A stretch of 64,000 nt of DNA from Blastocladiella emersonii ATCC 22665. Taxonomy: Eukaryota; Fungi; Blastocladiomycota. The stretch is taken from the NCBI GenBank assembly GCA_025594325.1, contig JANHCV010000005.1:1860001-1924000 (forward strand), read 5' to 3'. Shown here piece after piece: positions 36,945-49,299 of the stretch (position 1 is its first letter; every line of letters starts with the position of its first letter). The translations under genes were made by a program, and so were the position numbers. The notes under the pieces are model-generated. The model saw nothing but the letters and a program-made list of their open reading frames with translations. It was not told where the DNA came from and did no database searches.

Positions 36945-39214
36945 ATGGACTTGATGCAATCTCATGAAGACAGCTCGGGCAACCTCAAGCTTGGTTGGCT
37001 CCCCGCAGAACTGATGACCGCCATCCTGCAGGATGGCCGACCCGCGTTCCTCGATCGCGGCCGCTACAGCTTCCTTTTATGCACAGGTTTGCGACGGATC
37101 TGCCCGGTACTCGTGGTTCCTTGCTATCGTGGGCCGGCTTCTTGCGCTTCCCGTCCGCACTCGCCGCTACTACCGTGGCCCGCCGGGCGACGCCTTGAGT
37201 CGCCTCGTCCTTTCAGATCTCAATCCAATCTTGGTACAAGATCCTGTTCGCGTTGATATGTGGGGCTACAAGCCCGTGCGGCCGCCGGTGGAAGTCTTCA
37301 TCGGATTGGCTTCACACATGTGTCGCCGGGTTCGCGTCAGCGACTTGGAGCCGACATCTCTCCGCCAATCTCTGGAGCAGTCATTTGCGAAACAGAGCAG
37401 CTCCGTTTTCACGAACTCCGTTGCCGCACTCGTCCGGCTTCTCGTGGCAGGTGTTGTATACGGCTGGTCGGATTTCATGCATCAAGCGCTTGGCCTTGTC
37501 GCTTCTCGGTGCCGCCACCTCCTCGATGCACGCCAGAGTGGGCGCTGCTCGTCCGAATCCACGACGACGTCTTTGAAGTCGACGAGCTGGAAGTGATCAC
37601 TGGCTTCCCGACCCGGTTTGTTGATGCGCTCGCCTATATCGCTGTCGCGATTTGGAATTCCGCGAGCTTCCATGTGTTGCTTAGCGAGCCTCGGTACGCC
37701 GTGGACACGGCAGCTCTTGCAAATGTACTTTGCGCGGATGATCCATCGACATTCGCTCTCCTTAAAACGGGGACCTACGAGACCGCTTGTAATGCCGCGG
37801 AAATCTTCCCCTGGATCCTTCAGTACAGCTCGCTAATGTCAGCCCAAGTGCGCAGCGCATACGTGCAGACTGCCGTGTCGCTAGGGCCCGTTGTGCTCAT
37901 GCCGATACTCACCCGCTTCCCCGGGCTGGTCACGGCTACTCTACCGATGCGAGATGATATTGGCGATGCACTCCTTGATCGCGAGTGGCTCTCCGACCAA
38001 CAGCCCGAGGACAGACACACTTTTCTCCAGCTTGGCGATTGGATTGTGCGTTGGTTTGACTCTGGTCTCTTCGTTGAGGTTCTCGACGCGCTTGACTCTC
38101 ACGGGCTAATTGCCCCGAAATGGTGGAGTTATCTCGTTGGAACGGCGATCGCCCACAACGACATTGCCTACGTTTCGCGCCTCCGCACGCGCTACACCCT
38201 CGACGAGTGGAAGAAGTTGATTATCAAAGGTACGCGACATTGCTCATCTTTGCCGATCATTCAAGCCGTTCGCTCACTCTGTTAGATGCGTTGCGTTGTA
38301 TAGCGTTCATTATTGCGTGCCGTGAATGTCGAAACGAGAACACGAACGTTGCACGTGAAATCCTCGCGCACACACTTTTAACCAGACCTCAAGATCGCGG
38401 AGACGACGTCGTCCATTGGAGTTTTGGCGACTTCGCGAACGCCTTCCGCCTCGACTATGGTGCGGCGTCCCAGACCTGGCAGTCCAGCCTCCTTTTTAAC
38501 AATCGTGAATGCAACCTTCCCAAGGAGGCTTTGCTTCGCCCCGACATATTGGATGAACTGGTCTGGCTTCTCACAAGTGCTGTTTCGACGCCTGAAGGCA
38601 AGCGCGAGCTTACGCACCAAGTCAACTTGAAGCATCCTCGTGGCGCTCCCCTCCTTTTATGCAGTGTGATCCGACACGCGCTCAACGTTCAAAGCGCACC
38701 AGGCATCACTTACCGCTTCGATTACTTCTCCGACGCAGGGCACTCGATTTGCCGCGAGTGCCCGCTTGCAGCGCAGCAGGTCTGGCGCGACTTTGTCCTT
38801 GCACTTTGGGAGATGCGCAAGTCCTGCCACTCCGAACATATTTCTCTGACTTATTGCGATAGCTTTGCTCGCCTGTGCAAGTTCGTTGAGGTCGATGGCC
38901 TTGACGCCGCTGACAAATCATGTTCTTGTGACCGCATTGCGTCGGCTCGACTCGTCACGCGCGTACTTTTCGACAACAGCTTGTGTGACGCGTTCGGTAA
39001 CCTCGAGGATGAGGTAAAACGCTCTTGCGTACCCATGTCTGTTCTCCGGATCATCCCAGATGGCGCTCTGGACGAGATCGAGGCCTTCGAGGTCACGAAC
39101 ATGGTCATCAAGCTGTTCACGAACGCGGAGGTGGTGGTGATGCCTCCCTGGGTCCTCGAAGAGTTTGCACGAGTTGCCCCGCGGGCGTTCCATGGTTCTG
39201 GACTCGCCCTGTAA
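36945..39214 (+). pseudogene. F-box-like helical protein, family C copy 3 (two frameshifts in exon 1)
   Basis: Extra base near 37031; short deletion near 37535 relative to C1; exon 2 intact with ICRECP...CSCD. Confidence 0.75.
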
Positions 39215-39299
39215 TGGGGTGATTGTGTACCTCAACTTTCTAACAGCTCGGTGCGGTTGATGTGACCCCGTTAGTTGTCTTTCTGGTTTAAATCGAGGG

Positions 39300-41050
39300 T
39301 AGGCGCGGCCATATGAGTTTACAGCATCAGAATGAAACCCTTGCAGGGGTCCTCTCTGTGACGTCTCGCGTTGCGCCGAGAACAGTGAGACGCGTCAATC
39401 TATCACGTTTCGGGCACGTGACCGCGAGACACCCTGCGAGACGCCCCTCGCGCGCCCCTTCCTGTGTTGTCTTTCCTCATTTCACAGCAATGATTCGCGA
39501 CTAGCGACGCGATGAAGCAATGAACGACTATAATCATAGACTCGCAAACCTCGTCGCGCACAGGCAGTGAGGCGAGGTGTGCCAAAAAAAAAAACTGCAC
39601 CGACACCGCCGAGCCCAGCCATTTCGATCGATCCGCGACCCCGCGCACGCGCCCAAAGGCGGTCCACACGACCGCGTCCGCCGGGAGCCTGCCGGACGAC
39701 AATGACCGTAACACCCCGCCTGCACCCCGCGGCACGCGTCTCGCCAGCCCGGGTTATCGGGTACAAGCGCGTAGCGGGCGGGCGAGACGAGAATCCACGG
39801 GGCGAGTTGGCGAGGACGGCGGACAGGTGCGACGGCGAGAAGCGATGACGGGCGCGCCTACGCGTGCGCGAGATCACGGACCGGACTTGAACCAGGCTTG
39901 GGCGACGGCTAGCGGAGGCCAAGGTGAGCGTCGTTCGGCGAGCGAGTTGGTCCGGCCCCGCGACGAGTACCTCAGTCTTTGAAGTTGCGCGCGAGAGTGC
40001 GCGTTTTGACGCCCACGTTAGTGAAGAAGACACCTTGCCACTCGGCATGATAGTGAGCTTGTCTGCTTGGTTGAGGAAGATCATCCACATGGCAGCAAGG
40101 ATGACCAAGTAGCCTGCACGCGAGCAGACCGCGTCAGCGGTCATCGCGTCCGGGTCGCGGTCATGCTCCGCGTGTAGATCGTGTGTACTTACCGTCGAAA
40201 ATGTCCGCTGGGAGAACAGGGGCCACTTTCCGTAGAGTCAAAGTCCGGATCCGGCGTGCAGCCGTTTGCACCCGCGGAACCCAGGGTGCCAACGGACGAG
40301 GAACTGATTCTGCCAGCGCGAGTCGATTTGACACGGATGTGGACCGGCAGCGCGATCCACTCGGAAATGTCATGAAACGGCAGCTTTAATATGCTTCCGT
40401 TCAGCACGGCCATTACAGCCTGACGTGATTGACCTAAAAGGCAGTGGTCCCGTGCAGCTCGCAAGTATCTTTCGTGACCTTCACGCGATACTTCCGTATG
40501 TGCAGAATAGCAAGAACAACAACCTGGCTCCCGAGAAGCTCTGCGCGGACAAGCTCAGTCGCGCTCTACGAGGCGACGTGCGCGGAGTCGGGATCGCTCG
40601 CTGGGCGAGCCAAGCTTGCTGCGACGGCACCTGGCGCGCGTCTAGTTCATAAGGTTCATGCAGCGGAGAGTGTGAGATGATGCGCTGGGGAAGCGAGAGC
40701 TGTCGGCGCCGTCGCTCGCTCAAAAGCCGCGGGAGCGGCCCTTGGGAACGTGTCTCGCGTCACATGATTGATCGACGCGTCTCTCGCTCGCTCTTCCTTG
40801 TCGCGCAACTCTGTCGGGACCTCGTTTCCCGCCGTGCGCCAGCTCCCTGAAGGTTGCCTTGATCGATGCGGCCAGTTGCGTGTCGCCTGCTCTCACACCG
40901 GTCCTCGCGTTGGTACGCTGGAGTTCCGCCTTCTCCCTCATCCTCGTCACACAACTCACAAGCCTAATAAACGCGTCCGTGCGCCCATCGCGCAGCATTG
41001 CACCCATGCTCGACGGACACTCGATAAGCTGGATTTCATGATTACATGAC
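39300..41050. repeat. Diverged inner inverted arm (left)
   Basis: Blocks match the reverse complement of ~49300-51050 (e.g. GAGACGCGTCAA.CTATCACGTTTCGGGCACGTG, GTCCGGTCCG.GATCTCGCGCACGC, GGCCGC...GCGGCTT.TGAGCGAGCG); sums ~90355; boundaries approximate. Confidence 0.85.
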
Positions 41051-41507
41051 ACGAACAGCTCGTCAGTGTGCGCCGCTGACTCGTCCCGACCCGCGCACGA
41101 CCACTTGCGTCGCGGGACCAACCACTGACAACTTCCCGCACCATTCGTCCTACGTGAAGCTCTCTCATGGACTCTTTCATATCCTCACAGCACTCACTCG
41201 CACCCGGGGGTGACCGGCGACGACTGGCCCGCCGAGTTCATGAACTGGGCTGAGCGGCGATGGCTCTGAACTCGCGCATTCATGGCTCGCGAACCTGGTG
41301 TGCTCGAGCGTCGCTCAGCGCCCGAGACCCGGACTGGCAACACCATGGTAACGGCCGTCAAGTCCCCCGCGACGCTGGGTCGGTGCGGCTGCGGGGGAGC
41401 GGGTACAAGAACGGCGCGATCCCCACGACCCCTCCACGGTTGAAACCCATCGCGCTGCGCCGACACAACTCTCGACTCCGCGCCCACACTCCAAGAACAC
41501 CGACAAG

Positions 41508-41747
41508 ATGGCCCGCAAGCTGACCTGGATCCTGACGCTGGCGCTGGTCGCCGTGGTCGCGCTCGCCTCGGTCCACTCGGCCGCCGCCGCCCCCGCCCCT
41601 TCGCCGCAGCGCCAGTGCAACGACGACAACGACGACCCGGAGGCGGGCGGGTGCTCGACCGTGGGCGGGTTCACGCCGCCGCTCGTGGCCAACCAGAACA
41701 TTGCGGATATCGGCGGCGAGGACGATGCCGCTGCCGCTGCCGCGTAA
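41508..41747 (+). CDS. Small putative secreted peptide (79 aa)
   Basis: Signal-peptide-like MARKLTWILTLALVAVVALASVHSA, two Cys, acidic; GC3-rich; a 3' intron is possible. Confidence 0.55.
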   Translation: MARKLTWILTLALVAVVALASVHSAAAAPAPSPQRQCNDDNDDPEAGGCSTVGGFTPPLVANQNIADIGGEDDAAAAAA

Positions 41748-41861
41748 GCGCAAGCCCAGCGCGGTGTCAAGTTTCGCGGCGCAGCCGGTCTGCGCGTGGT
41801 TCGCTTCTGGTTACACTATGATGGATGAATATATATATACCTTACCGAATGCCCACCTCGC

Positions 41862-42969
41862 TCACGCGTCCCGCACAATCTCGACGACCCACGTCGTCCC
41901 GAAATGAAGCCGCGAGACGCTCTTGACATGCGCCCGCGGCACGTGCGCCTGCGCCTGCGCCTCGTCCTTGACCGCGAGGCCCCTCCGTTCCTCAGCGAGC
42001 GCAGCGTCGACGAGCGCGCCGATATCGCGGTTAAAGTAGCACCCCCACTTGCTCGCGTGCGCGCTCGCGTTATTATCGAGCTGGCGGTTGAGCCACGCGT
42101 ACGACCCACGGCCGTGCTCGAGGAGCCAGACGCGGCCGCCAGGCCGGACCACGCGCAGGGCCTCGCGGATCGACGCAACGGGCCGCGCGACCGAACACAG
42201 CGAGAAGGTCGAGACGACCGTGTCGAACGAGGCCGAGGGGAACGGGAGCGCGGCGGCGTCGGCGGGCGTGATGGCGGAGACGGGCGTGCCGCGGGAGGTA
42301 GTCCCGGACGGCGTCAGCTGCGCGGCGGCCTGGTCGAGCATCGCGCTCGACGCGTCCGTCAGCGTCAGCGACGTGACGGCGGCCGGCGCGTAGTAGCCCA
42401 GGTTGCGGCCGGTGCCCGCCGCAATCTCGAGCGTGTCGCCCTACGGGTCGTTGCGATGCGGTGGGGTTAGCGGACCGGTGTCCGCGCGTAACGCACCCGC
42501 GCGCGAAGAGTACCTTGGCGTGCCCGACGACCCACCGGCGCACGAGCAGGAGGCCCATGAAAAACTCGTCCCACGCGATCTCGCGGTCGTACGCGGCGGC
42601 GGTCCGGTCGTACACGGACCGCTGGTCGGGCTGCGTCGCTTGCAGCGCGGTGTCGACGTCCCCGGCGACGGGGGCGGGAGCAGAAGCGGCCGGTCGGTCG
42701 GACGCGGACGCCGCTGCGGCGGTCGACTGCACGTAGCTGTACGACCCCCACACGGCGAGCGAGTACACGCCGAGGGTGCCAGCGACCACGCCGGCCTTGC
42801 CGCGCGGCGACAGGGCGGCCCACCATCCGCGGAGCCCGGTTGGTGGTGCGGCGGTGGCGGTTGGCGTCGCCGCCGCTGCGGGCCGAGTTGCGCCGGTTGC
42901 GCGAGGTGCGAGTGGCGACTTGACGGCGCGCGGTGCGCCCGACTTGCGCGCGTGCTTTACATTGCTCAT
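41862..42969 (-). CDS. OMS1: OMS1-like mitochondrial SAM-dependent methyltransferase
   Basis: TM segment, YDRTAAAYDREIAWDEFFMG, intron, GDTLEIAAGTGRN, FDTVVSTFSLCS, LLEHG, WGCYFNRDI. Confidence 0.8.
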
Positions 42970-44464
42970 AGTGGGGAGAGGCCAGAGGGCGCGTGCGCGG
43001 TTCGGGTCAAGGCGAGGACGGCGAGCGGGCCGGCGTCTCAGCGACCGACCCCCACCGACCACAACACGACCCGTTCTCGCGGGATTCGATGGCGAGCGCG
43101 GCGATCATCGCCGACCGACCGGCACCGAGCCGAACACTCACCATCCCAGCGAATGATTGCGGAATCAAGCGACCGCGCGCGCGCCAGAGCAGGGAGAGCC
43201 TGCCGAGCACGCAGGCGCGCCGGACGTGGTGCCGTCGCGTTCTCACTCACGACGATGAACAGACCCTCACAACCCCACGAGGGACCCTGCGATGGCATGA
43301 ACGGGTAGGTTTACGGTGGGGTGCAGTGCATGATCCGGTCGACCCGCATTCATTCAATCGTCGAGGGACAAGGGAGGCGCTGCCAAGCTCCTTGATCCGC
43401 GGCTTCACCCAGCGTGCGGTCGGTGATGACGACGCGCGGGTCGCTGTGAAGACAAGGGAGGGGAGGAGGGCGGAGGTCGGAAGCCGAGTGTGGCGAAGCA
43501 GGGGACCCACATGGAGCAAGTGCCCTCGTGACAGCGGCAGCGATGCGATCCGGCGCGTCGGTTTGCTCGTCCCCGCGCGGCCGCACCAAAACGTGTTGTG
43601 CCTGAGACACGTTGCAAGCGCGGCCGTGGTGCACCTGCGACAGACACGGCAAGCGGGCCGCGCGCGGTCGCTGATCGGGAAAGCTGGAGACAAGACTGCA
43701 TGCGCGCTTGCGTCGCGGGGGAGAGACGCGTCGTGGTCGTCGTCGTGGTGAGCTCACGGTGCAGGGCCGCGAGTGAGAGCGCGCGGGCAGCACCTGACGA
43801 TGGAGAGGATGAGGAGAAAGGGCAGGGACGCGTCGCTGCGAAGGGAGGCCCCAGTCGGCGGCCGATCCGGATCTTCCGCCACGCCACGCCACGCGGTTCC
43901 CCGGTCAGCGAGCGACGATGGCCGCGGGTCCCGCGCCGCGCGCCTCACGACACGCGTCAGCCATGGCGGCCATGGACTCCCCCAGCCGTCAGCCGTGGCG
44001 CGTTCTACGCGTAATCTAGGCGCGTCGGTGGCCGTCAAGCCCGCCGCGGGGCGCCAAGGTTGAAGTGGAGGCGCCGCACGTCGAGGCTTTACGGGCGCCA
44101 CGCAGTCAAGGTCAGACACATTCCGCGCGACTTGCGCTCCACGGCGGCGGGAGAGAGAGAGGAGGAGGAACCCCTCGTCCGCAGCCGTGAGAGGAGCGTG
44201 GGAGCGACCGCGGATTGGACCCACGCGGCCCTCGGAGCTCCCGGGTTCCAAGGTTGGGGAAGCGGCGAGATCAGGTCGACCATCACGGCCTTGACTCTCG
44301 CGCGAGCTCGCTGAAGGGAGCCGCGGCGCGACGCGTGTGGGTCCGCTGACCCGCGGTGGCCGAGGAGATGAGGTCCGCCCGCTGTCCGCGCTCGGCAGGA
44401 GGGTCCGGTGACCGGCAAGGTTAACGTCGTCGCGAGAGCGAGAGCGGGGGAGAACAGAGGGAGG

Positions 44465-44472
44465 TATAAAAA
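44465..44472 (+). promoter_or_regulatory. Possible TATA box for PMA1
   Basis: TATAAAAA in very GC-rich context, 1.3 kb upstream of the ATG; would need a long or spliced 5' UTR. Confidence 0.3.
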
Positions 44473-45780
44473 GGCGGCCGAGTTCATTCGTCCCCGCGTC
44501 CGCGGACCGCACTCATGGCTAAAAACACGCCGGCCGGCGCGCCGCGGCCAGCGCCACCGTTCGCGCGCCATCACGACGAGCGTCGCCGTCGTAGAGTGTG
44601 AGGGAGACTGAGACTTGACGATCACCAACGTCGTCGTCCGATCCTGTGTGTGGGAGGGTGCACGGAGGTCGCGTCGCGCAACGGGCGCGAGACAAGACGC
44701 GAGAGCGAGCGCGAGCGCGATGTGGGTCACGTGCGGCGCGGGTCAGCTGGGCGCCATCGCCGGCCAATGGGCGCGCGCCGCCGCAATTAGCACCTCGGCG
44801 CAATCGAGGCCGCGCCTCGCCCGCGGCTTGGAATTTTTTGATTTTCCGCCCGATTTTTTTCGCCTCGCCTCTGTGCGCGCGCGAGCCTGCCGTCGAATCC
44901 TCGCCACCAGCTCTTGACCTTGACGCAAGGGACCAGCACAGCCCCGACCCCGACCCTGGCCACAAAACCCGCCGTCGCCCCCGCGCGCCCTCCCCTCTCT
45001 CCCGCCCCCCACCTCCGATTCGGGACGACCAGAGGGCACCACTACCGAGCCGACGCCGACGCCGCCAGCTTCTCCTCTTCCCCCTCCACCCGCTCCCTCC
45101 CCTGTACACTACTGCACGGGCGCACCGGACCACGAAGAAGTAGCTCGCACTCTCCCCCCGCACTCGTCGTCCGCTCCGTGCCCCCCCTGTCCCTGCCACT
45201 CGTGTGCCCGCCATCGTGGCCCGTCCCCGCCCGCCTGTGCCAGTCCCGCTACGCCAGCCGCCGTGACGACACCATGACCAACGCTGGTACGGACTCTCCT
45301 GCTCGCCGCTCGCCGCTCGTCTCGGCTCCATGTCCGCGAATTCGCGCTGGCTCGGCGACCCGCGTCGCGCTCTCGCTCGCAGTTGCCCGATTGGGTCGGC
45401 GAGGGGAGCTTGCTGCTGCGCTCTGCGCTCGCGGCCATGACTCCCGGCGTCTGCCTGCGCGCTCGCCCGCGGCCCTGCTCGCCCTTGTCGATGGCCATCG
45501 GCAAGCGAGCGAGTGGCACAGCAGCCTGCACAGCAGCGCGGAGCGAAATGGGCCCGGTCGTCGAGCCGGGCTTGACCTATTTTTTGCGCCCGCCGACCGC
45601 CCGCTCGCCATCGCCGCCATCGCCCGCCCCTCTCCGCATGACCCGCTTCCGCGATATCGGCTAACCATTGTGTCGCTTGTTCCTCGTGCCGCCCGCGCTC
45701 GCGCTCCCTCAAAACCAACCCTCGCACCCGCTACCACCCCCCCTCTCTCGCTCATCAAACAACCCGCCCGCCCGCCCGCC

Positions 45781-48700
45781 ATGTCGGCCAACGCATCCAC
45801 CGCGTTGCTCGCCCACCCAGAGTCGACTGCCGTGGAGATCGCTCCGCTGCAGGCGGCGCAGGCCGCCGAGGCCGCCGCGCCCAAGGCCGCCCCCGCCGCC
45901 GCCGAGAAGAAGGAGGCGTCGGGCGACGACCACCACGTCGATGTCGGCGACGACATCACGCCCGAGATCGAGGCCCTGCTCAAGACCGACACCACGCACG
46001 GCCTGACCGCCGCCGAGGTGCAGCAGCGCATCGCCCAGTTCGGCCACAACGAGATCCCCGAGGTCAAGCAGTCCAAGCTCATGAAGTTCATCTCCTACTT
46101 CCTCGGCCCCATCTCGTACCTCATCGAGGTCGCCTGCATCATCTCCGGTGTGCTCAAGCACTGGGTACGTTCTTCCTCGTCGTCGTGGGCGCGCCCGATC
46201 GCCCGCGCTCCAGTGTTGTGCCCCCCGTCACGTGCTGCTGCTGCTTGGCCACCCTCGTCTCGCCCGTCCGCCGATCTCCTCCCGCACGTCCACTAACCAA
46301 ACTATGCGCGTAACAGGCTGATTTCGCCATCCTGCTCGCCCTGCTCATCGTCAACGCCGTCATCGGCTACATGGAGGAGGCCAAGGCCGAGAACGCGCTC
46401 GAGGCCCTCAAGAACAACCTCGCCTCCAACGCCCGCGTCTTCCGCGACTCGAACCTGACCGAGATCCCGACCCGCGAGCTCGTCCCCGGCGACATCATCA
46501 TCCTCCGCCTCGGCGACATCATCCCCGCCGACTGCCGCCTGCTCGGCCTCGGCGCCAACCACCAGGAGGTCGACGAGGACCTCATGATCGACCAGGCCGC
46601 CCTCACCGGCGAGTCGCTCCCCGTCAACCGCGGGAAGGGCCACATTGTCTACTCGTCGTCGGTCGTCAAGCAGGGCCAGATGCTCGCCGTCGTCGTCAAG
46701 ACCGGTATCAACACCTTCATCGGCCGCGCCGCCAACCTCATCTCCATGACCAACGAGGAGGGCCACTTCCAGAAGATCATCGGCGCCATCGGCAACTACC
46801 TCATCTACATGACCATCGTCTTCGTCATCATCCTCTACCTTGTCCTCGTCCTCGCCCGCGGCTACGACTTCCTCGAGGCCCTCGACAAGGTCGTCGTGCT
46901 CACCATCGCCGCCATCCCCGTCGGTCTCCCGACGGTCCTCTCGGTCACCATGGCCGTCGGCGCCAAGCAACTCGCCGAGAAGGAGGTGATCGTCAAGCGC
47001 CTCCCCGCCATCGAGGAGTTTGCCTCGGTCTCGATCCTCTGCTCCGACAAGACCGGTACCCTCACCCTCAACGAGCTGTCGTTCGACGACCCGTTCCTCA
47101 TGCCCGGCTTCACGGAGCGCGACATCCTGCTCAACGCCTACTTTGCGTCCGAGGCCGGTGCCAAGGACGCCATCGAGCTCGCGGTCCGCGGCGCCGGTAT
47201 GGAGCGCGTCGACATCCTGCAGAACCTGCCCGCCGGCCAGGAGCACGTCATCCCCGGGTACAAGATCCTCAAGTTCCTGCCCTTCAACCCCAACGACAAG
47301 TACACCAAGGCCAAGGTCCAGAACCTCGAGACGGGCGAGATCTTCGAGTGCATCAAGGGCGCGCCCCAGGTCGTCATCCGCCTCTCGGGTGGCGATGCCG
47401 CCGCCGAGCGCCAGGTCATCGACTTTGCCCAGCGCGGTCTCCGCGCCCTCGGTGTCGCGCGCACCCGCGCCGACGGCTCGTTCCAGCTCGTCGGTCTCAT
47501 CTCGCTGCTCGACCCGCCCCGCCCCGACTCGGCCCAGACCATTGCCGAGTGCGCCGAGCTCGGCGTCGAAGTCAAGATGATCACCGGTGACCAGGTCATT
47601 ATCGGCAAGGAGGTGGCCCGCCGCCTCGGCATGCAGCGCTGCATCCTCAACGCGTCGCGTCTCGTCGACCCCAAGGCCGACGAGGAGGAGCTCACGCGCC
47701 GCTGCGAGAAGTCGGACGGGTTCGGCCAGGTCATCCCCGAGCACAAGTACCGCGTCGTCGAGCTCCTGCAGCGCAAGGGCTACCTCGTCGGTATGACCGG
47801 CGACGGTGTCAACGACGCCCCCGCCCTCAAGAAGGCCAACGTCGGTATCGCCGTCGAGGGCTGCACCGACGCCGCCCGCTCGGCTGCTGATATTGTTCTC
47901 CTCGCCCCCGGTCTCGGAACTATCGTCGACGGTATCAAGACGTCGCGCGCTATCTTCCAGCGCATGCGCTCGTACGCCATCTACCGTATCAGTACGTTGA
48001 CTTTTTTCCTTGTGCTGCGGCATCGGACCTTGACGCTAACGATCGCACCCTCGCCCGACTATAGCCTCGACCATCCACTTCCTCGTCTTCTTCTTCATCA
48101 CCATCGCCCTCTACGACTTCACCCTGCCCAACAAGCTCATCATCCTCATCGCCGTGCTCAACGACGCCGCCACCCTGGTCATCGCCGTCGACAACGCCCG
48201 CATCTCGAAGCGCCCCGACAAGTGGCGTATCGGCCAGCTCATCTTCATGTCGACGGTGCTCGCGATCCTGCTGACGGGCGCGTCGCTCGCGCACTACTAC
48301 GTGGCCAAGGCGCACTTCGGCGACCGCGAGGACGCGGTCGGGTACATCCACACGGTCATCTACCTGCAGGTGTCGTCGTGCCCGCACTTCGTCATCTTCT
48401 CGACGCGTGTCGGCACCTACTTCTGGAAGTCGCCCCCGTCGCTCCTGTTCACGGTCGCCGTCGGCGGCACCCAGGTGTTCGCCATGGTCATGTCGATCAT
48501 CGGCTGGCACGACATGGACGCGGAGCCGATCGGCGTCGCGTGGGGTTTCGGCATCATGGCCATCTCGCTCGTGTACATGGCGTTCCTTGACATCGTCAAG
48601 GTGTTCATCTTCAAGTTCTGGTCGTTCGAGTTCACGGCGCGCGCGTGGCCGTCCAAGGAGCGCAAGGACAAGCTCGCGGCGCGCAAGGCCAAGGCCATTG

Positions 48701-48831
48701 TCGACAAGCGCGTCAAGCTCAACTGGCAGAAGGTCCGCAGCCTCATGCCCATGTTCAAGGTCATTGCCGCCTTCAAGTCGGGCGGCAAGGCGTCGTCGGG
48801 CGCCCTCGACCTCGGCTCCAAGATGGAGTAA
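45781..48831 (+). CDS. PMA1: Plasma-membrane P-type (P3A) H+-ATPase
   Basis: TGES, IPVGLP, CSDKTGTLT, KGAP, TGDGVNDAPALKKA; introns 46165-46316 and ~47992-48064. Confidence 0.97.
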
Positions 48832-49299
48832 GTCGTCTTCGGTCTTCACCTCCGTCGCCGACACCACCAAGTAGAGTCAACCTTTTCCTTTCCTTCCCCC
48901 ACCTACACCAACACCCTACCAAGAGCACTCATCATTATCGCATCCCTCCCTCCCTCCACTATTGCATCCTCCCCTCCCTTTTGTCCCATCGCTCGCTCCT
49001 CCCTTGCATGTGGCTCTTCTAGCTCTCCGTTGCGAGTTTTGCGCTATGATTTGGTCGTTCGTCGTTGCACTTTGATTAGATCCCATCGTTCGTTACTTAC
49101 TCCCGTTTCTCGCGTCTTGGCCGTCCTCGGCGCTCGTCTCGGACTCGGACTTGGCTGAGCCGATCCTTTGTCAAGGACGCGTCCGCTTCACGATGGCCAT
49201 GAAGAGCATCAGCGCAACTCGCGGCGGGCGGCCGAGCGACAAGGCCTTCACTGGCAGCCGCCGATCACGTCCCGCAGCGTGGCTCCAGCGGCCGATGAG

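Noticed and set aside
44519-46296. Long ORFs upstream of PMA1 (44519-45727 -, 5' part of 44914-46296 +)
   Set aside because: Arg/Pro-rich translation typical of GC-rich non-coding DNA; the PMA1 start is better placed at 45781
46302-48023. 573-aa minus-strand ORF and similar long antisense ORFs (5531-6625, 9122-9961, 10250-11827, 18785-20623, 22710-23972, 55829-57091)
   Set aside because: Shadow frames of GC3-rich genes on the other strand; no independent protein features
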